Origin: Prorocentrum cordatum
Taxonomy: Eukaryota
DNA: 54,926 bases
Direction: 5' to 3'
Assembly: GCA_963575745.1 (NCBI GenBank)
Contig: CAUYUJ010000200.1
Location: 62,001-116,926 of the forward strand
In this document: positions 1 to 12,845 of the stretch, in pieces
Numbering within the stretch: the stretch's first letter is position 1
How the letters are laid out: every line of letters starts with the position of its first letter
Translations under genes and position numbers: made by a program
Notes under the pieces: model-generated
The model's database searches: none
What the model was told of the DNA's origin: nothing
Seen by the model: only the letters and a program-made list of their open reading frames with translations

Positions 1-309
1 CTCTTCCCACCCCCCTCTGGCCCACCTGTCCCCCCCGCCTGCAGAGGCGAGGAGGGCTTGCCCTCCTCGGAGGCGGCGCCCTCCCGCGGGAGTTCCTGGG
101 CGCAGCCGGGGGGGTCCTCCTCCTCCTCCTCCTTCCCTCTGCTACCTGCGGTAGTGGTGGTGGACAATCGGCCCACTACCGCCCCCCCCCTCCCCCCCCC
201 GCGGTGGCCATGGCGCGTGACGCGCTGGCCAAGAGGGACGACACGAAGCGGGACGATGAGGCGCCTCGCGCGTCGCCGCCACACGTCGTCATCGTCGGCG
301 TCCTTGCTA

Positions 310-1010
310 TTACGATGATGCTACTCATGATGCTGATGATGATGCTGCTGCTGATGATGATGATGCTGACGATGACGATGATGCTGATGATGATGCTGAT
401 GCTGATGCTGATGCTGATGCAGATGATGTTGCTGATGATGCTGATGCTCATGATGCTGATGCTGATGCTCATGATGATGATGCTCATGATGATGATAATT
501 CTGATGAGGGTGAGTGAGGGTGGTGGTGGTGATGGCGGTGGTTGTGGTGATGGTGGTGGTGGTGATGATGGTGATGATGGTGGTGGTGATGATCGTGATG
601 ATGATGATGATGCTGCGTGATGGTGATGCTGGTTACGATATGGATGCTGATGATAATGGTGATGATGCTGATGATGGTGATGATGCTGGTGACGATGATC
701 ATAAGCTTGATGGCGATGATAATGATGATGCTTGATGGTGATGCGGATGCTTGATGGTGATGATGACGATGGTGATGTTGATGATGATGCTGCTGATTAT
801 GAAGATGATGCTGATGATGATGAGCAGCAGTAGCAGTAGCAGCATCGTCAACATCATCATCAACATCATCATCATCACCATCCTCATTACCATCATCGAA
901 TCATCATCATCATCACCACCATCAGCATCGCCACCATCATCATAACATCTCCTATTCATCTCCAACATCATCGTCATCATCATCATCACTGTCAACGTCA
1001 GTATCGTCAC

Positions 1011-1041
<31 letters not shown>

Positions 1042-1260
1042 GTCATCACCGTCATCATTTACATTCTCATCGTCAGCGTTATCAATATCGTCACCACGCA
1101 GCAGAATCCCAATGATCATCATCAGCATCCTCATCATCGTCATGATCTTCGTCGTCATCCTCATCATCGTCATGATCTTCGTCATCATCATCATCAGCAT
1201 CATCATCACTGTCGTTTTAGTGCTCGCCGTCTTTGGTTTCTTCATCTTGCTCCTCATCGT
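310..1260. repeat. Degenerate (GAT)n tract that switches to its complement (ATC)n at ~840
   Basis: GAT/GCT/GGT triplets 310-830, then ATC/GTC triplets 840-1260; produces spurious poly-M/D/I/H ORFs. Confidence 0.9.
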
Positions 1261-1719
1261 CCTCATCCTCCTCGTCCTCATCCGTCTTCCTCCTCGCCAT
1301 CTTCCTCGATCTCCTTCTCGCCTTTCTTTCCTCGCCCGCCCTTCCCCCATCCTCGCCTCTCTCCTCCTCCTCGCCCTCCTCCTCTCTTCCTTCTCCTCAA
1401 TCTCTCTTCCTGACAGACTAATAGAATAATCCTCCCTGTCGCACCACCAGGCATGGCTTTAAAGTGAGTCGTACGTTGTTCGGCACCGTCTTGATTTCGA
1501 AGGTCTGGCGGCTGGTGCCGTCGACCTTTGTGCTGGGTGAAGGAGCTGGAGCAGGAGGAGAAAAGCATGTGGGGGACAAGAGGGGGTAGGGGGGAAGCGA
1601 AGAAAAGGAGAGGCTCCTTCTTCGTCTGGTTCCCTCCTCCCTCCTCCCCCCCTCTGAGGAGGAGGAGGAGGAGCAGGAGCAGGATGAGGAGGGGGAGGCA
1701 TTCCTCCCTCCTACCCCCT

Positions 1720-1747
1720 GTGATGATGATGCTGATGATGATGATGC

Positions 1748-1787
<40 letters not shown>

Positions 1788-2156
1788 AATGCTGGTGATG
1801 ATGATGAGGATGCAGATGATGATGATGATGACGATGATGATGATGATGCTGATGACGATATGGATGATGGATGATGGATGATGATGGTGATGATGATGAC
1901 GATGACGATGATGATGACGATGATGATGCTGATGATGATGATGGTGATGATGGTGATGATGCTGCTGATGATGATGAGTGATGATGGGTGGTGATGCATA
2001 AAGATGGATGATGGTTGATGGTGATGGTGATGTCGATGGTGATGATGGTGATGATGATGATGCTGCTGCTGCTGATGATGATGATGAGGATGTGAATGAT
2101 GCTGATGATGCTGAGGATGAAGAGAAGGAGGAGGAGGAGGAGGAGGAGGAGGAGGA
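1720..2156. repeat. Degenerate (GAT)n microsatellite ending in (GGA)n
   Basis: Read directly from the sequence. Confidence 0.9.
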
Positions 2157-2561
2157 TCCGGCGCCGATCTCTGAAATCCGCTCGGATTTCCGATAGTTCA
2201 TGCTCAGGCCGCTGTTTGTTTTCCGAACATTGGAGTCGGAGATTCTGATGTACCCCAACATTGATTTGTTTTGCAAAACCATATGTTTTTATATATGTTT
2301 TCGGGGTACTCGTTTTTGAGGCATGCGCGCGACGACGCACGCGTGTGCACATCGTCCCATTTGTTGCCAGGGGTTCTTGCGACAGCCCGCGCGCAAGGAC
2401 GTTCGAGCGATTTCGACATGCGCGCGCGAGAGGTCCGCTTGATAAAAATTGTATGTCAATTTTGGAAAACGTATGGTTTGCGAACGAATTCGCAAGAGCG
2501 CGGGCGCATGTTTTTTGACACCCTTCTTGCGACAAACATGTTTATATATACACATATATAC

Positions 2562-2592
<31 letters not shown>

Positions 2593-2676
2593 TGTATGTA
2601 TGTATGTATGTATGTATGTATGTATGTATGTATGTATGTATGTATGTATATGTACATATATCTATATATATATATA

Positions 2677-4571
2677 CCGGGCTACAGGGCCGGGGGCTCC
2701 CTGGCCGGGACCGCAACCACCAATGGCGGGATCGGGCCTCCAGGAGCGCCCCTTGTCCGGCTCAAGAAGCGCCGAAGACGGTCCAAGCGAGCCTCGAGAC
2801 GCTTACGATCGATCCAAGACGCCCAAGATGGCTCCCAGACGGCCGAAGAGGCCGCCAAGATGTCCCAAGAGAACCCCAAGAGCATTCCCAAGAGGGCTGC
2901 AAGAGGCCGAAATCATGGGATTCCGTTGTTTTTTTGCAGGTTGTTGGTTTTCTTGTTTTTTAGTCGTCCCGACCCTCCACGACAGCCCACGAAGTCCCTA
3001 AGACCGTCCCAAGATCGCCCAAGAGGCCCCCAAGAGCGCCCCAAGACGGCCCAAGAGGGCCTAAAAACAACCCAGTAGGCGCCTAAGACTGCCCAAGAGC
3101 TTGCAAACACGGCCCAAGAGGCGTCGAAGCCAGTCAAAGCGTGCCACGACGCGCCTAAGACCGCTCCAAGACGCCCAAGATGGTTCCAGATGGCCCAAGG
3201 GGCCTCCAAGATGTCCCAAGAGAGCCCCAAGAGCATTCCCAAGAGGGCTGCAAGAGGCCGAAATCATTGAATTCCGTTGTTTTTTTTACAGGTTTTTGGT
3301 GTTATTGTTTTTGTCGTCGTCCCGACCCTACAAGACAGCCCACGAAGTCCTCAAGACCGTCCCAAGATCGCCCAAGAGGTCCCCGCGCCCCAAGACGGCC
3401 CAAGAGGGCCTAAAAACAACCCAGTAGGCGCCTAAGACCGCCCAAGAGCTTGCAAACACGGCCCAAGAGGCGTCGAAGACGGTCAAAGCGTGCCTCGACG
3501 CGCCTACGACCGCTCCAAGACGCCCAAGATGGCTCCCAGATGGCCCAAGAAGCCTCCAAGACGTCCCAAGAGAGCCCCAAGAGCATCCCCAAGAGGGCTG
3601 CAAGAGGCCGAAATCATTGAATTCCGTTGGTTTTTTGCAGGTTTTTGGTGTTCTTGCTTTTGTCGTTGTCCCGACCCTCCAAGACAGACCACGAAGTCCC
3701 CAAGACCGTCCCAAGATCGCCCAAGAGCGCCCCAAGACGGCCCAAGAGGGTCTAAAAACAACCTTGTAGGCGCCCAAGACCGCCCAAGAGCTTGCAAACA
3801 CGGCCCAAGAGGCGTCGAAGACGGTCAAAGCGTGCCTCGACGCGCCTACGACCGCTCCAAGACGCCCAAGATGGTTCCCGGATGGCCCAAGTTGCGTCCA
3901 AGACGTCCCAAGACAGCCCCAAGAGCATTCCCAAGACGGACCCAAACAGCCCAAATCATTGCTTGCCGTCAGGCTTTTAAAGGTTTTTGGCTTCCTCAAT
4001 TTTTCGTCGTCCCGACGCTCCAAGACGGCCCAAGAGGCCCCCAGGACCGTCCCAAGCTGGTCCAAGAGGCTCCCAAGACGGTTGCACGAATGCTCATTTG
4101 CCTCTCAAGACCACCCCAAGACGGCCCCGGATGGTTTCCCGACGGCCCTCGAGGCTGCCCAGATGGTCCAATATCCCCAAGACGGACCCCAGAAACCCCA
4201 AGACGCTTCCACAACGGCCCACAGACGCTCCCAGAGGCCTCCAGGTACAGGATGAAGACGCTCCCAAGAGGGCTCCGAGTTTCCAAATTGCTCAAAATCT
4301 GTCCACAAGCAGTACGTTCGTAGCACGTCGCCTTTTCACTGCCGATGGGCCTCCGAGGCTGCTGGAAGGCGTCAAAACGCCCGACAGAGCCACCTCAGAA
4401 ACCCCCAGGACAGCTCCAAGAGCGCTTGGAGGTTTCCCGAGAGCGGCCCGAGACCGCCCCAGCTGGTCTGAAGATTGGGTTCGGGCCGTGAAGATTGCCC
4501 CAGAGGGCTTCAAGACAGCTCAAGAGGTGCCCAATAGGGCCCCACGGGAGCCTCAACAGTAGAGGGTCCCA

Positions 4572-4612
<41 letters not shown>

Positions 4613-4619
4613 AAGAGAC

Positions 4620-4654
<35 letters not shown>

Positions 4655-6082
4655 ACTCGAATTGAGATTTCGAGCCACCCGCCCCAAGGGGACCCCCGAG
4701 ATCGCCTTCAGGCTCCACGAGGCCCAAAAGAGGCCCCCAAACGACCCCCAATATGTTTCAAAACTGCATCCAGCAGGCTCTCCAGAGGCTTCCCAAGAAG
4801 CCCCAACAGGCATCCAAGAGACCTTGTCTGAGCTGGCTTGAGTTAGTCTGCACAATATCTAATCGGACTTCGCTCAGCGTAGCTTCGCTACGCTCGTGCA
4901 AGGGCCCCCCCCCCCCCTATGCCACTCATGTTCCTTTCATGCTGTTTCATTTTGTTTCACCGAATGGTTCCCCCAAGGGGTATGGACTGCCTGGATGGTC
5001 GCATGTTTGAACCATCCAGTATCCTTCAGCTTGGCTGTTGCCGACACTTCCATAAGCGCGAGTGCGCGAGTGTCCACCCATTTTCGCATTGCTTGTATGT
5101 GTACGCGTCTTGGTACTGTTTGTTTTCACGTGTTGTCAAACAAAAAGCCGGCATCCAAGAGACCTCTGCATCACAACCCAAACGCGGTGGCGGGATAGGC
5201 TGGATGCCAACAGGCCAGTATCGAGCTCTATATGGATTTTCGAGTTTGGTGCCACGCGTTTCGGTGGTTCGACGCCCAAAGGTCCTGCCTCGGCGCCCAA
5301 GTCCGTGTAGAGTGTTTCAAAAAAGGCCTGCATTTTACAGGAATTCAGAAGTCGTCTTCTTGGTCACCGCGAAGGCTGGCCGAAGGCCCGCGGAAGCTGG
5401 CGGATGTAAATCGAGGGCGATTTGGCTGGCGGAGGCCAGCGGAACCTCGTCTGAAGCCCGCGGAAGGAAATTGATTTTGTAAGAGGTCTACGTTGGCCAC
5501 CGTGCCGTCATCAGGCATGCAGAGCCAGCTGCATAAATGTCGCACGGTGTGCACAAAACGATCCATCGCCCAATGGAGGTCTCCACACCTTCCCCGGAAC
5601 AAGCATTCTGGGGCTCCAATTGAACCCCCACACACCCCAGGACAGCCCCGACTCAGCCACGATAGGGCCCCAAGAGAAGTTCCGGCCGACGCCGCGCAAC
5701 ACCCGAACAACGAACGTTTAGAGAAGCCCCAGAGTGGCACAATATGGATCAACGATCGCACGAGCCGACATCCCAATGGCCGCTCCAAATTTTTGATGTG
5801 CAGAGCGTTGCGTTGCATGTAAATTGTGCTCCATTTATCCTTGCAGTAGTTTGCGTTGAGTTGCAATACGTTGCATAGCCACTGCATGACATATGGATTC
5901 GCATTGCATGCGTCTGTGTGTATACTTGTCAGAATTCCGTCTCTGTTCGGTCCGCGCGATTGCTACCTCTTCACTTCATGTGCGAGCAATTTGTGTTTAC
6001 GTGCACGCGTGCATCTGTGAGCTTGTCAAGGTCTGGGGGGTGCTAGAACCTCAGCGCGCGCGAAGCGCGCGCGTGGTTCTAG
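2677..6082 (+). mobile_element. Non-autonomous Helitron-like element with CCAAGA-rich cargo (probably composite)
   Basis: 3' hairpin GCGCGCGC-GAA-GCGCGCGC (6054-6072) followed by CTAG (6079-6082), then T; flanked on both sides by TA-rich microsatellite. The 5' end does not read TC and is uncertain. Confidence 0.5.
2760..4560 (+). repeat. CCAAGA-based degenerate repeat with a ~350-bp higher-order unit
   Basis: CCAAGA recurs roughly every 11 nt; the block GAGGGCTGCAAGAGGCCGAAATCAT recurs at ~2893, ~3243 and ~3593, and degenerately near 3950. Confidence 0.85.
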
Positions 6083-6929
6083 TATATATATATACATATA
6101 TATATATATGTATAGTCGTGACTGTCGGTGTTGAAACCCTTGTGGGAACTTCTAGGGCTTTTGTACGGTTTCGGCATGCGCGCGCGACGACGCGCGCGTG
6201 TGCACTTCGTCCCTTTGTGTTTTTTGTTTTGTTTTTTGTTTTGCCAAGGGACTCTTGCGAACTGATGGTTTTTGGTAAACGAGAGTGCGCATAGTTTTTT
6301 GCAAAGGGTGAGGGGGGGGGGGCGAACTCCGGCCTGGCTGGGGTGGTCCGAGCCCGTAGGTAAAATGAACAATTAGGCCGAATCGTATGTAATTTGCAAG
6401 TCGCGAGGCCTGCCCGATAAGTCCAGGGGGTGATGGGGGTAGAATGTGTTTTTTTCCTGAAAGGAGAATAAGAGCTATGCGATCGACGTGGTGCAATGTA
6501 TACGTTTACTTCTGCAGTTGACTTTTAACAAACGAGCTGGCAAATTCCATGGTCGTGCAAACATCCCACTCAACCACCCACAACTTGGTTTGCGAAACCC
6601 ATGCAGCGGTAATTGCGGTGATTGCTTGGCGTTAGCTGGTGCATCTCTGCGGCCGCGCTAGCCCGCACATGCTTGCACGCACAGCGGGCAGCTAGTTTGA
6701 CGCGACCGACGCGGCCGCTGTGGCGCTGACCGCTGGGCATTTCCTGGCGGGCACTCCAGTGCGGGTCGGTGACTTAGACCGGCGCGGTATCATGGCGACG
6801 CCGGCAATGATAAACACGATTATGACAGTGGCGATGATGGTGACGATGGTGGCGATGACGACGGCAAGGCCAATGACGGCGCCGATGTGATCGCGCCCGC
6901 CGATAACGGTGACGATGTCCTCGCGTCGG

Positions 6930-7428
6930 CGAGGAAGGTTTTTAAAGAAGTTTAACACGCGCGCGCGGCCGACGTGCGCGGGTGGCCCGTGTGGTATGAT
7001 TTGACCCGAAACGTGCCCAAAACGAGCGCGCGCTCAAGGGCGTTCGAATGAATTTGCCACGCGGCGCGAACAATCCGCTTGGCAAAAATGGATGACCACT
7101 TTGGAATTCCGTTGAAAAAAACCGCAAGACCGCAAACGCAGTTTTTGTGTGAAAACTGTTTTTTTGCAAAGCCACGTGTCACTCGTTTTTGTAATTTTGA
7201 CGAAACCCAAGGTTTTTGAAAGTTTGCGGCATGCTCGCGCGACGACGCGCGGGTGTGCACGTCGTCCTTTTTGTTGCCAGGGACTCTTGCGACAGCACGC
7301 GCGCAAAAGGCGTTCGAGCGATTTCGACATGCGCGCGAGAGAAGCCCGTTTGGTAGCATGTAACATGTCCTGAACAGTTGAATCTTTCGCGGTTTTCCAT
7401 GATTTCGCAACCAACAAATACGCGGGCG

Positions 7429-7475
<47 letters not shown>

Positions 7476-9770
7476 CGTGCACGACGCCCGGGCGCCCAGG
7501 GCGGCTGCCCCGAGGGGGCATGGGAGTACCAGGGTTCATTCCGCATGTGTTTTTACAGGGTTTCCGCGTCCTGGGCCTCGGCGGCCTCCGCCTCCGACCC
7601 CCCCGTGGGAGGACGGGGCGGCCAGGGAGGTCCAAAATAGTCCAGGAGGGCCTCCAGAGGCTCCCAAGACGGCCCAAGCGGGCCCCGAGTCGCCGAAAGA
7701 CCGCTCCAGGGCGCCCAAGATAGGCCCAAGACGGCCCGAGAGGCCCCCCAAGGCACCCCACGACGCTTCAAGACGCCTCTCCAGAGCGCTTCAAGAGGAC
7801 AAAATCGTCAATTTTACGAAGGTTTTCGAACGATTTTGGCTTTCCAGCCTTTTCGGCTGTCCGACCGTCCAAGACGGCTCAATAGGCCCCCAAGGGCGCC
7901 CCAAGACGGCCCAAGAGGGCCCCAAGACGGCCCCAGAGTCGCCCAAGACAGCCCAACAGAGCCCCAAGACGGCCCCAAGATGCGCCCAAAAGGGGGACCA
8001 CGACTCCAAAATTCGACCCTCCCGCTTGAAGAGTGCCCCAGGAGGCCCCAAGGAGCCCCCAAGAGGCCCCAGGAGGCCCCCAAGAGACACCCAGGAGGCC
8101 CAAACGAAGCCTAAAGAGGCCACACAACAGCCCCGAGGAGGCCCCACAACGGTCCCAAAACGGCTACCGAGAAGCTGCGAAACTGCCTGCTCGACGTCCC
8201 CGACAGGCCAACCACGAGATCCAAACCAACACCCATGAGGCCTCTGACCCACCACCCAGGTCACTGTGGCGGGAGCAGTGACAGCACTTGTGCACAGCAT
8301 GTTCCGGCGGGAGCCTTCTGGAACACGCTGCAGGAGGAGGAGGAATATCAGGAGGAGAGAGAGCTGGAGTGGGAGGAGGAGGAGGGGGACGAGGAGGAGG
8401 AGGCCTCCAAGACAGCTCCAAGATAGCCGAAGAGGCTTCCAAGAGGGCCCTGGGCGGCCCACGAGGGCCCCAAGACGGTGCCTGAGGCGCCCAAGAAGGC
8501 CCGAGAGGGCCCCAAGACGGCCTCAAGAGAGGCCCAAGAAGGGAAACACGAACTGAGAATCCGAGCTTTCTACTCCGAGAGGTTCTCGGGAAGTCCCAAG
8601 AGGCCCCCAATCGGATCCAACAGGCCCCCAAGAAGCTCCCAAGAGGGCCGACGAGGTTCCAAGAGATCTCCCAAGGTGGCCCCAAGAGGCACAACTCATT
8701 GTTTTACGATTGGGCTTTGACGGGTTTTAATTTTTTCGGCCTTTTGGCATCCCGATGCTCCAAGACGGCCCAAGAGGCTTCCAATACCGCTCCAATATAG
8801 AGGAAGAGGCCTCCAAGAGGGCCCCAAGACGGCCCGCGAGGGCCCCAAGACGGTGCTTGAGGCGCCCAAGACGGCCCGAGAGGGCCCCAAGAGCCCCAAG
8901 AGAGGCCCAAGAAGGGGAACGCGACCCAACAGCAGAGCGTTCCCCCCAAAAGGCCCACAGGAGGCCGCAAGAGGACCCCAAAAGCTTCCCGAGGGCCCAA
9001 AGGCCCCTAGGAGACGTCCAAGAGGTTTTAAAATAGCCCAAGAGTGCCCTCGATGCGTCAAAACTGCTTCCAGGAGGCCCCCGGGAGGCTTCCGGATTGC
9101 CTAAATCTGGTCGCAGGTGGCTTCAAGTCGGGCCTCCACGCAGCCAAGACGGCCAATGACGGCTTCAGATTGCAGAACCGATGCCCCCAAGGGACCCTCA
9201 GACGCCCCCCCAAGAGGCACCCAAGAGGTGCCTCCAACAGCCAATTGACGAAGCATGCGGAACACCCCAGAAGCTCCTCAGATGCCGTCGCGCGTCTGTG
9301 CTTGATAGCGTTGTCCAAGATCGTCCAGCGCCTCCCCGTCCCCGTCCAGCGCGCGATGGTTCTAGTGTGTATATGTTTGTGTATATATATATGTATATAT
9401 AACGCTGTGCGAAACCATGCTTAAACAAATGTTAAAGCTATGTTTTCGTGATTAGATGTTGAAGTCCCTACGAAACCTTAGGTTTAGAAAGATCTCGGCA
9501 TGCGCGCGCGAAAACGCGCGCATATGCACTTTGTCTTTTTTGTGTTGGTTGATTTTTGGAAACAAGTCATTGTTGACAAACGCGTTCGCGTGCATAGTGT
9601 TAACGGATGAGGGGGGGACCGAATTGCGGCTTGTCTCGGATGGTATGAATTTAAATTTCGAATGGACGGTTGGGGCAGAATCACATGTACATCCCAATGC
9701 GAAAAAGGTGCACCGTCAAATCCAGGGGGGAGAAGTAATTCCTAATTCTTTCTTAGATGAGGAGAATATT
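6930..9770. mobile_element. Second split Family-C repeat (~6930-7430 and ~9366-9770)
   Basis: Same GCGCGCG core and TTTCGACATGCGCGCG motif; ends with GAGGAGAAT at ~9767. Confidence 0.5.
7472..9365 (+). mobile_element. Non-autonomous Helitron-like element with CCAAGA repeats
   Basis: Starts A|TC (7472) right after (AT)n and ends GCGCGCGATGGTTCTAG|T (9365); the 3' end matches the one at 6082; A|T target. Confidence 0.55.
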
Positions 9771-9895
9771 TGTGGTGTAATCTACGTGGTGCTCAACCTA
9801 TGAGATGCGCAGTCTATGTGGTGCGCACTATATGTGGTGCAACCGACGTGGTGCAATCTTTGTTGTGCAATCGATGTGGTGCAATAGATGTGGTA
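9770..9895. repeat. ~15-bp degenerate tandem repeat (TGTGGTGCAATCTA-like), resuming at ~10720
   Basis: GTGGTGCAA/GTGGTGTAA units at about 15-nt spacing on both sides of element D. Confidence 0.7.
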
Positions 9896-9901
9896 TGATA
9901 A

Positions 9902-10705
9902 TCCCACCAGCCCTCTGGGCGTAGGTGGTTTAGGGAGTTTCCTCTTCCACCATCCCTTTTCCCCTTCGGGGAGGGGTTCACCCCTCCCCCCTACCCCCCC
10001 TCCCCTGGACCTGGACGGGGCCGGTCGCGAGCGGTTAGGGCGTCCAAAACGACTTCGGCGAGGAAGCCAAAAATCATTGGTTTTATTATGGTTGTGGCTC
10101 TATTTTTGGCCTCTGTGGGGGGCAACGCTAATTTAAGGAACCCCCCTTTTTTGCTCGATGTCCTTCAAGATGGTCCCAAGAAGCGCCCAGGAGGCCCCAA
10201 AAGGCTCCAAGATGGCCCCAAGATGGCCCCAAGAGGCCCCCAAGAGGCCCCCAGGAGGCTCCCAAGATGACCTCAAGCGGCCCCACGAGGCCCTCCCGAG
10301 GCACCCAAGGCGCCCAAGAGCCCCCCAGGACCGCCAAGGGACCCTCAAGACGTCTCAAGAGGCCTCCAAGAACCGCCCAAGAGATATCCCAAGAGGCGCC
10401 GAGAGGCATCCAAGAGACCCCTGGCCCGTCTGCTTGCCCTCCTCCTGCTCCTCGTTCTTCCTCCTCCTGCTCCTTCTCTTCCACCTCCTCCTCCTCGTCC
10501 TCCTCCTCCTCCTCCTCCTCCTATTCATCTTCCTTCTCTCCACTCCCTCATCCATCCATCCAGCCTCCTCCTTCTCCTCCCTCTTCCTCCCTCCTTCGCA
10601 CGGGTCGGCCGTCCCCCCCCCCTGGCTCCCGCATGTCCCTGATCGCCTCAGCTCGCCTGGGCATCGTTTCTCGATGGGCTGTAGGGATGCGCGAAGCGTC
10701 CAGAA
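9902..10705 (+). mobile_element. Family-D Helentron/HINE-like non-autonomous element
   Basis: Head TCCCACCAGCCC (9902-9913) inside hairpin CCACCAGCCC-tct-GGGCgtaGGTGG; inverted copy GGGCTGTAGGGA (10676-10687, 10/12) followed by a CGC-GAA-GCG mini-hairpin; internal CCAAGA and (CCT)n cargo. Confidence 0.55.
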
Positions 10706-10784
10706 CTTCTGCCTTTTTTTGTGGTGTAACATTTGCGGTGCAATACGTTTTGAGTGTACATACACACATCTGTGTACGGATACG

Positions 10785-11022
10785 TGTGTATGTATGTATG
10801 TATGTATGCATGTATGCATGTATGCATGTATGCATGTATGCATGTATGCATGTATGTATGCATGTATGCATGCATGCATGTATGCATGCATGCATGCATG
10901 CAGGCAGGCAGGCATGTATGTATGTATGTATGTATGTATGCATGTATGCATGTATGCATGCATGCATGTATGCATGTATGCATGAATGCATGCATGCATG
11001 CATGCATGTATGTATGTATGTG

Positions 11023-11054
<32 letters not shown>

Positions 11055-11750
11055 TGTATGTATGTATGTATGTGTGTAAGTATGTATGAAGGGATGTATG
11101 GATGCATGTATGTATGTATGTATGCATGCATGCATGTATGTATGTATGCATGTGTGTATGTATGTATGTATGTATGTATGTATGTATGTATGTATGTATG
11201 TATGTAGGGATGTAGGGATGTAGAGATGTATGTAAGTATGTGTGTCTGTGTACATGTATGCATGCATGCATGCACTCATGCATGCATGTATGTATGTATG
11301 TATGTATGTATGTATGGTTGCATGTATGTATGTATGTATGTATGTATGTATGCATGTATGTATGTATGTATATGTATATACATGCATGTATGTATGTATG
11401 TATGTATGTGTGCATGTATGTAATGTGTGTATGTATGTATGTATGAATGAATGAATGTATGTATGTATGTATGTATGCATGCATGTATGTATGTATGTAT
11501 GTATGTGTGTATGTATGTATGTATGCAGGGATGTAGGGATGTATGTATGTATGTATGTATGCATGCATGCATGCATGCATGCATGCATGCATGTATGCAT
11601 GTTTGTATGTATGTATGTATGTCGGTGTGTTTGTATGTATGCATGTATGCATGCATGCATGCATGCATGCATGAATGTATGTATGTATGTATGCATGTAT
11701 GCATGTATGTATGTGTATTACATATATTTATGCATGTGTGTGTGTGTGAT
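10785..11750. repeat. (TATG)n/(CATG)n compound tetranucleotide microsatellite
   Basis: Read directly from the sequence. Confidence 0.95.
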
Positions 11751-12279
11751 GCAACCGATTGCGATCGATTGGATTGCAACTAGGGGGGGTAACGGGGCGT
11801 CGGCGACGGGACGGGGCCGCGACGGGACAACGTAGCTGCCAGACTGGCGGTCAGGCCCAGACGACTGGCGGCGACGGAGTGGCGACGGCGACGCGCCGTC
11901 AGGGGTTCCCCCAGCGCCGATCCAAGAAATCCGCGCGGAACTCCGCAACTTTCTGCCTATGCAGTGTCTTCTTATCCCAAAGATCCCCAGGAGGCGGCCA
12001 AGGAGGCGGCCAAGGAGGAGGAGGAGGAGGAGGAGGAGGTCGGTCCGCCGGCCAGGCGGAGGAGGACGGGGAGACCGGGAAGTTCGACCAGAACCCCGTG
12101 CGCGTCGTGTGCTCGCACTGCGGCGCCGCGCCCAGGGGGAGGGGGCGGGGAGTGTTCCTCTCTCCGGGGGCCTCCCTCGCCCCGTCAGGCACGAGGAGGG
12201 AGGAGCTTGGAAGAGGGACGGAGGAAGGGAGGGAGGGAGGAGGAGGAGGACGAAGAGGAGGAGGAGGAGGAGGAGGAGG

Positions 12280-12315
<36 letters not shown>

Positions 12316-12799
12316 AGGAAGAGGAGGAGGAGGACGGAGGAGGACGGAGGAGGACGGAGGAGGAAGGAGGGCGGAGGACGGAGGAGTGAGGACGGATGAG
12401 GAGCAGAAGCAGAGCAGGAGGACGAGGAGCGTAAGGGGTAGGGGCAGGAGGAAGGCTGCGTGTACTCTCTTCGCTCGGAGGGGACACCTCGAACGTGCGT
12501 CCCCTGAGGGGTAGGAGTCGCGGGAGGCGAAGGAGGAGCAGGTGGGGGAGGGGGAGAAAAGAAAAACAGGAGGGGAACTCAGATATGCTCGCGTTGTAAC
12601 AAAATTCACGACGAGAGGTTTTTGCAGTCTTCGGCCTCTGGGGGCCCTCGCCGGGCGCCGGGACCTGTTGAAACGGTCGGGATTTCATGGGACTACGTTT
12701 TGTAATCATCCGGACATCGCATGCCTGGGGATGAGGAGCAGCAGCAGGAGCAGGAGGGAGGAGGAGGGTCATGGAGAACCCAAGGACGACACAGACATG

Positions 12800-12811
12800 C
12801 ACACATGAACG

Positions 12812-12845
<34 letters not shown>

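Larger units (their letters stand above)
2160..6470. mobile_element. Family-C dispersed repeat, split into ~2160-2540 and ~6083-6470 by a nested insertion
   Basis: Core GCATGCGCGCG(CG)ACGACGCRCGCGTGTGCAC at ~2320 and ~6175 and terminal GAAAGGAGAAT at ~6460 recur at ~7230, ~9497, ~44097, ~44392 and ~44662. Confidence 0.55.

Noticed and set aside
1420..1530. Another HINE-like tail on the minus strand (GGTGGTG-N12-TTATT)
   Set aside because: No matching head found in the window
58..2282. Poly-Met/Asp/Ile/His ORFs
   Set aside because: Trinucleotide repeat artefacts
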